This document shows positions 33,542-37,596 of a stretch of DNA of 37,596 nucleotides, one piece after another. This DNA is from Syntrophomonadaceae bacterium (GTDB taxonomy: Bacteria > Bacillota > Dethiobacteria > DTU022). The first letter of the stretch is position 1, and every line of letters starts with the position of its first letter. Under the pieces are notes generated by a model, which had not been told where the DNA came from, searched no databases, and was given only the letters and a program-made list of their open reading frames with translations. The DNA lies in NCBI GenBank assembly GCA_003552365.1, contig PUKR01000172.1, forward strand, positions 1 to 37,596. Reading direction: 5' to 3'. A program made the position numbers and the translations under genes.

Positions 33542-34930
33542 TTACTCACAAGACTTAATTTTTAAGTGCTCTTCCCAGTAAGCACGGATATCGCTTACCG
33601 TATAAAAAGAACCGCTTACCAGCACCAGGTCATCAATGCCTGCCAAATTAAAAGCTTTTTCCAGGGCCTTGCTGTAATCTTCAACTACTTCTATCCTATC
33701 CCGGTTGAACTGCAATTCATTTATTGCCACTTCTTCCAAAATATACGGATCGGCAGCCCGGGGGATGGAAGCCCTGGTAAAAATAATTTTATCGGCAAGC
33801 GGTAAAATATTTCCCATCATTGCTATTTTATCTTTATCGGCCATAATTCCGAACACAAGTATCACTTTGCGGTAATCAAAGTATTCCGGTAGAGCATTTG
33901 CAAGGCATTTTATTGCTGCAGGGTTGTGAGCTCCGTCCATAACCAGCTTTGGCTTTTCCTGTAAAAGCTCCATTCGGCCGGGCCAGTAAACAGCAGACAG
34001 ACCTTCCCGTATAGCTTTTTCATTAATTTTAAAATTATCTCCGTCAATTAATTCGGCAGCGGCGATAGCCGTTGCGGCATTGGTAACCTGGTAATCGCCT
34101 CGCAGGGGAATAAACAGGTTGTTTAATTCCCGGTTAAGTCCCCGGTAATAAAAACTTTGCCCATAATCGTTAATTGCCACCCGCTTGAAAATTGCGCCTT
34201 TTTTCTTCATTTGACAGGGATTCGCTCCGCTTTTATCATGCTGTTCCGGTGTGACATAATAAGTATCGCTAACCATTTCTTCAGCCCGGTGCCTGATCGC
34301 TTCCAGGACTTCATGGTTTTCAGCAGCAGTAAGTACAGGCACACCTTTCTTAATAATGCCGGCTTTTTCTTTGGCCACCTGCCCTACTGTATCGCCAAGC
34401 ACATCAGTATGCTCCAGGCTGACATTGGTGATCACACTTAACAGGGGAATGACCACATTTGTGGCATCCAGCCTTCCCCCCAACCCCACTTCCAAAACCA
34501 CCAGGTCAACCTCTTTTCTTGCAAAATAAATAAGCGCAAGAACTGTGACAACCTCAAATTCTGTGGGATGGCCGAACCGATTGTCGGCACTGATTTGTTC
34601 CACCAGGGGACGAATTTCGTCTACCAGGTCAGCAAGCTCTCCGGGGCTGATATCATCGCCATTTACAGCCATGCGGTTGCTAAAAGAAAGCAGGTAGGGA
34701 GAAGTATAAAGGCCTGTTCGGTAACCGGCTGCCCGCATAATTGAAGCAAGTATGGCAGCAGTAGAACCCTTCCCGTTAGTTCCGGCTATATGGACAAAAT
34801 TAACCCTGCGGTGCGGATTGCCAAGTTTCTTTAGTAAAGCAGTAATTCTTTCCAGGCCGGGCCTGGTCCCAAAACGGCTTAATCCGTGAATCCAATCCAG
34901 GGATTCCCGGTATCTTTTTTCATCGTTCAT
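33542..34930 (-). CDS. folC: bifunctional folylpolyglutamate synthase / dihydrofolate synthase
   Basis: A Mur-ligase P-loop (HIAGTNGKGST), EVGLGGRLDATNV and DGAHNP are present. The gene follows valS as in other Firmicutes. Confidence 0.92.
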   Translation of the reverse strand: MNDEKRYRESLDWIHGLSRFGTRPGLERITALLKKLGNPHRRVNFVHIAGTNGKGSTAAILASIMRAAGYRTGLYTSPYLLSFSNRMAVNGDDISPGELADLVDEIRPLVEQISADNRFGHPTEFEVVTVLALIYFARKEVDLVVLEVGLGGRLDATNVVIPLLSVITNVSLEHTDVLGDTVGQVAKEKAGIIKKGVPVLTAAENHEVLEAIRHRAEEMVSDTYYVTPEQHDKSGANPCQMKKKGAIFKRVAINDYGQSFYYRGLNRELNNLFIPLRGDYQVTNAATAIAAAELIDGDNFKINEKAIREGLSAVYWPGRMELLQEKPKLVMDGAHNPAAIKCLANALPEYFDYRKVILVFGIMADKDKIAMMGNILPLADKIIFTRASIPRAADPYILEEVAINELQFNRDRIEVVEDYSKALEKAFNLAGIDDLVLVSGSFYTVSDIRAYWEEHLKIKSCE

Positions 34931-34933
34931 TAT

Positions 34934-37596
34934 TTAACTTAGCTCCTGCAATCTTTGCTGTAATTTTTGCATTTTTGCTTCCTGCTCCTCACGGCGTGCT
35001 TTTTCTTTATCAACCACGTCTGCCGGAGCTTTTTCTCTAAAATTCTTATTGTTTAATTTTCCTTCGGTTTTTTTTATCTCCTCTTCCAGCTGGCCGACTT
35101 CTTTCTTCAACCGGGCTATTTCAGCTTCCAGGTCTATAACTCCTTCAAGAGGGAGGTATACTTCTACGTCTTCACCGATAATCGCAGTAAGGGCTTGTTT
35201 CGGCTTCTCAAGATCCGGATCAACTGTAACCGGTTCTGCAAAAGCAAGATCATTGATATGATGTGCTTCTTCTTCCAGGCAAACTTTATTGTTACCCCCG
35301 GCACGGATAATTACCGGTGTTTTCTTACCCGGGGGCAATTGAACCTGGCTGCGCAGGTTTCTGATTGACCTGATAACCTCCTGCACCATGGCAAATTCTT
35401 CGGCTTCTTTTGGAAAATGAAGTGCTCCTTCAGCTTCAGGCCAGGCAGCTACCACAAGCGCTTCTTCTTCTTTATGGGGAAGCTGTTGCCATATTTCTTC
35501 AGTTATGAAAGGCATTACCGGGTGAAGCAAGCGCATAACCCCGTCCAGGAGATATACCAGCAAACTACGGGTCCGCTGGCTGTCTAGTTCAGCTTTCTGC
35601 TCTTCGCCATCCCGGTATAAGTAATGCTTGCTTACTTCAACATACCAGTCACAGTAATCATTCCACAGGTACTCATAGATAGTTTTAGCCGCCTCACCCA
35701 ATTCATATTGATCAAGCAGCTGATTGGTTTTTCGCACAGTTTGGTTAAAGCGATGCAGGATCCAGCAATCAACCCGGTTCAGCCCTTCCGGCAGCCGGTT
35801 TGGATCAAAGCGTTCCGGTAGATTACCTCTATGTCCATCCTGGTTTAAGTTCATCAAAACAAAACGGGAAGCATTCCATACCTTATTGGCGAAATTACGT
35901 CCCGCCTCCACGGTTTCCTGCCTGAACCGTTGATCATTTCCCGGGGTTTGAGCGGTTACCAGGGTAAAACGCAGGGTATCGGCTCCGTAGTTTTCGATCA
36001 CCTCTAAAGGATCCACTCCGTTGCCAAGAGACTTGCTCATTTTTCGACCCAGGGCATCCCGAACCAGCCCGGTGATATAAACGGTATAAAAAGGCACATC
36101 GTTCATAAAAGCCAGGCCCATGAACATCATCCGTGCAACCCAGAAGAAAATAATATCATAAGCGGTAACCAGGACCGTGGTGGGGTAAAAATGTTTTAAA
36201 TCATGGGTTTCTTCCGGCCAGCCAAGAGTTGAAAAAGGCCACAGGGCTGAACTGAACCAGGTGTCCAAAACATCGGGATCCTGTCTCAGCTCGCCTCCAC
36301 CGCATGAGGGACAGCTTTCGGGTTCTTCATAATCGACAATAACTTCCCCGCAGGGACAATACCAGGCCGGGATCCGGTGCCCCCACCAAATCTGGCGTGA
36401 AATACACCAGTCACGGATATTTTCCAGCCAATCTTTATAAATCCTGGCAAAGCGAGGTGGAACAAAACTTGTCTGCCCCCGGTCTACTGCTTCAATAGCA
36501 GGTTCAGCCAGGGGTTTCATTTTCACAAACCACTGCCGGGAAATAAGCGGTTCGACAACGGTATCACAACGCTGACAGTGACCGACGGAGTGCTCATAAT
36601 CCTCTATTTTTTCAATCAACCCCAGGGCTTTGAGATCTTCTACAACCTGTTTGCGGCAAGCAAACCGGTCCATTCCTTGATATTGACCGGCTACCGCAGT
36701 CATTTTTGCATCTTCGCCGATAACCTTAAGGATTTCCAAATCATGACGCCATCCTATCGCAAGGTCATTGGGATCATGTCCCGGCGTAACTTTAACCGCT
36801 CCGCTGCCAAATTCCGGGTCTACATATTCATCGGCTACAACCGGTATTTCACGATTAAGCAACGGCAGGACCACTTTTTCCCCTACAAGGTCGCGGTACC
36901 TTTCATCATCGGGATGAACCGCTACCCCTGTATCACCAAGCATCGACTCTGGCCGGGTGGTAGCCACAGTTATATAACCATCCCCCCTGACCAGGGGATA
37001 TTTTATATGAGTAATCGTAGCCGCTTCCCCTTCATGTTCTACTTCGATATCAGAGAGGGCGGTGGCACACCTGGCGCACCAATTAATCATGTAATCGCCC
37101 CGGTAAATCAGTCCGCGATGGTAAAGGTCCACAAAGACCTTACGCACAGCGTTGGAACATCCTTCGTCCATGGTAAAGCGTTCCCGGGACCAGTCGCAAG
37201 AAACACCCAGGCGATACAGCTGCCGGGTAATCCTCTCATGATAAGTATCTTTCCAGGCCCAAACTCTTTCCAAAAAAGCCTCCCGGCCCAGCTCCCGGCT
37301 GTTGATTCCTTCCTCAGCGAGATGCTTCTCCACCACGTTCTGGGTGGCAATACCGGCATGGTCGCAACCCGGAAGCCAGAGAGTATCGTACCCCTGCATC
37401 CGGCTCCTGCGAATTAAAACATCCTGCACAGTATTGTTCAGGGCATGGCCCATATGCAGTGAACCGGTCACATTGGGCGGTGGTATCACGATAGTATAAG
37501 GTTCCTGATCCGGATCACCTGAAGCACGGAAGTAATCTCCATCCAGCCAAAACTGATACCTCTTGATCTCAACTGCATGGGGATCATATACAGGGG
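34934..37596 (-). CDS. valS: valine--tRNA ligase, 5' end beyond the right edge of the window
   Basis: The sequence shows PPPNVTGSLHMGHA (HIGH), KMSKSLGN (KMSKS) and a C-terminal coiled coil. The frame stays open upstream of the track start to the window edge, and hand translation gives PVYDPHAVEIKRYQFWLDGDYFRASGDPDQEPYTIVIPPPNVTG. Confidence 0.97.
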   Translation of the reverse strand, partial: PVYDPHAVEIKRYQFWLDGDYFRASGDPDQEPYTIVIPPPNVTGSLHMGHALNNTVQDVLIRRSRMQGYDTLWLPGCDHAGIATQNVVEKHLAEEGINSRELGREAFLERVWAWKDTYHERITRQLYRLGVSCDWSRERFTMDEGCSNAVRKVFVDLYHRGLIYRGDYMINWCARCATALSDIEVEHEGEAATITHIKYPLVRGDGYITVATTRPESMLGDTGVAVHPDDERYRDLVGEKVVLPLLNREIPVVADEYVDPEFGSGAVKVTPGHDPNDLAIGWRHDLEILKVIGEDAKMTAVAGQYQGMDRFACRKQVVEDLKALGLIEKIEDYEHSVGHCQRCDTVVEPLISRQWFVKMKPLAEPAIEAVDRGQTSFVPPRFARIYKDWLENIRDWCISRQIWWGHRIPAWYCPCGEVIVDYEEPESCPSCGGGELRQDPDVLDTWFSSALWPFSTLGWPEETHDLKHFYPTTVLVTAYDIIFFWVARMMFMGLAFMNDVPFYTVYITGLVRDALGRKMSKSLGNGVDPLEVIENYGADTLRFTLVTAQTPGNDQRFRQETVEAGRNFANKVWNASRFVLMNLNQDGHRGNLPERFDPNRLPEGLNRVDCWILHRFNQTVRKTNQLLDQYELGEAAKTIYEYLWNDYCDWYVEVSKHYLYRDGEEQKAELDSQRTRSLLVYLLDGVMRLLHPVMPFITEEIWQQLPHKEEEALVVAAWPEAEGALHFPKEAEEFAMVQEVIRSIRNLRSQVQLPPGKKTPVIIRAGGNNKVCLEEEAHHINDLAFAEPVTVDPDLEKPKQALTAIIGEDVEVYLPLEGVIDLEAEIARLKKEVGQLEEEIKKTEGKLNNKNFREKAPADVVDKEKARREEQEAKMQKLQQRLQELS

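Noticed and set aside
36578-37417. A 279 aa plus-strand ORF, together with many other plus-strand ORFs of 60-180 aa (for example 10525-11067, 1743-2183, 18125-18559, 26142-26525, 30461-30895, 15310-15687).
   Set aside because: Each lies fully antisense to a confidently identified minus-strand gene (valS, rng, asp23, antiporter subunit, mnh genes, rnfG, radC). None has recognisable motifs or an RBS, and their composition is low-complexity or mirror-image. They are shadow ORFs.

Overview
All supportable genes in this 37.6 kb window are on the minus strand. The content looks like core chromosome of a Clostridia-like anaerobic Firmicute; that assignment is my inference from gene content and synteny, and no database search was possible. 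In minus-strand gene order (high to low coordinates) the window holds valS (5' end off the window), folC, and then a 17 kb, 19-gene bioenergetic block. The block is rnfCDGEAB, followed within 12-78 nt by an Mrp/Mbh-type module, then apbE and a Gx-type membrane protein. The Mrp/Mbh-type module is MnhE, MnhF, MnhG, a DUF4040/MbhD-like protein, an MbhE-like protein, MnhB, MnhC and four consecutive NuoL/M/N-type antiporter-like subunits. After the block come maf, radC, a TIGR03960/TIGR03936-type radical SAM pair coupled to RNase G, then rplU, rpmA, obg and nadD. Next are an RRM RNA-binding protein, yqeK, rsfS, an orphan ThiF-like E1 enzyme, a Leu T-box leader with leuS, an Asp23-family gene, comEA and the 5' part of a UPF0182 membrane protein. 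Two things deserve most attention. (1) The Rnf-Mrp composite operon has four antiporter-like subunits, and two of them carry long C-terminal arms ending in a shared KNLNFD-plus-TM anchor. No hydrogenase or complex-I type connector subunits are present. (2) A complete, canonical tRNA-Ala(GGC) gene with encoded CCA sits inside the leuS T-box leader, between Stem II/IIA-B and the T-box antiterminator, where Stem III normally lies. I saw no CRISPR arrays, transposases, integrases or rRNA. Family calls were made by eye from motifs, and start codons are the least certain part of the annotation.
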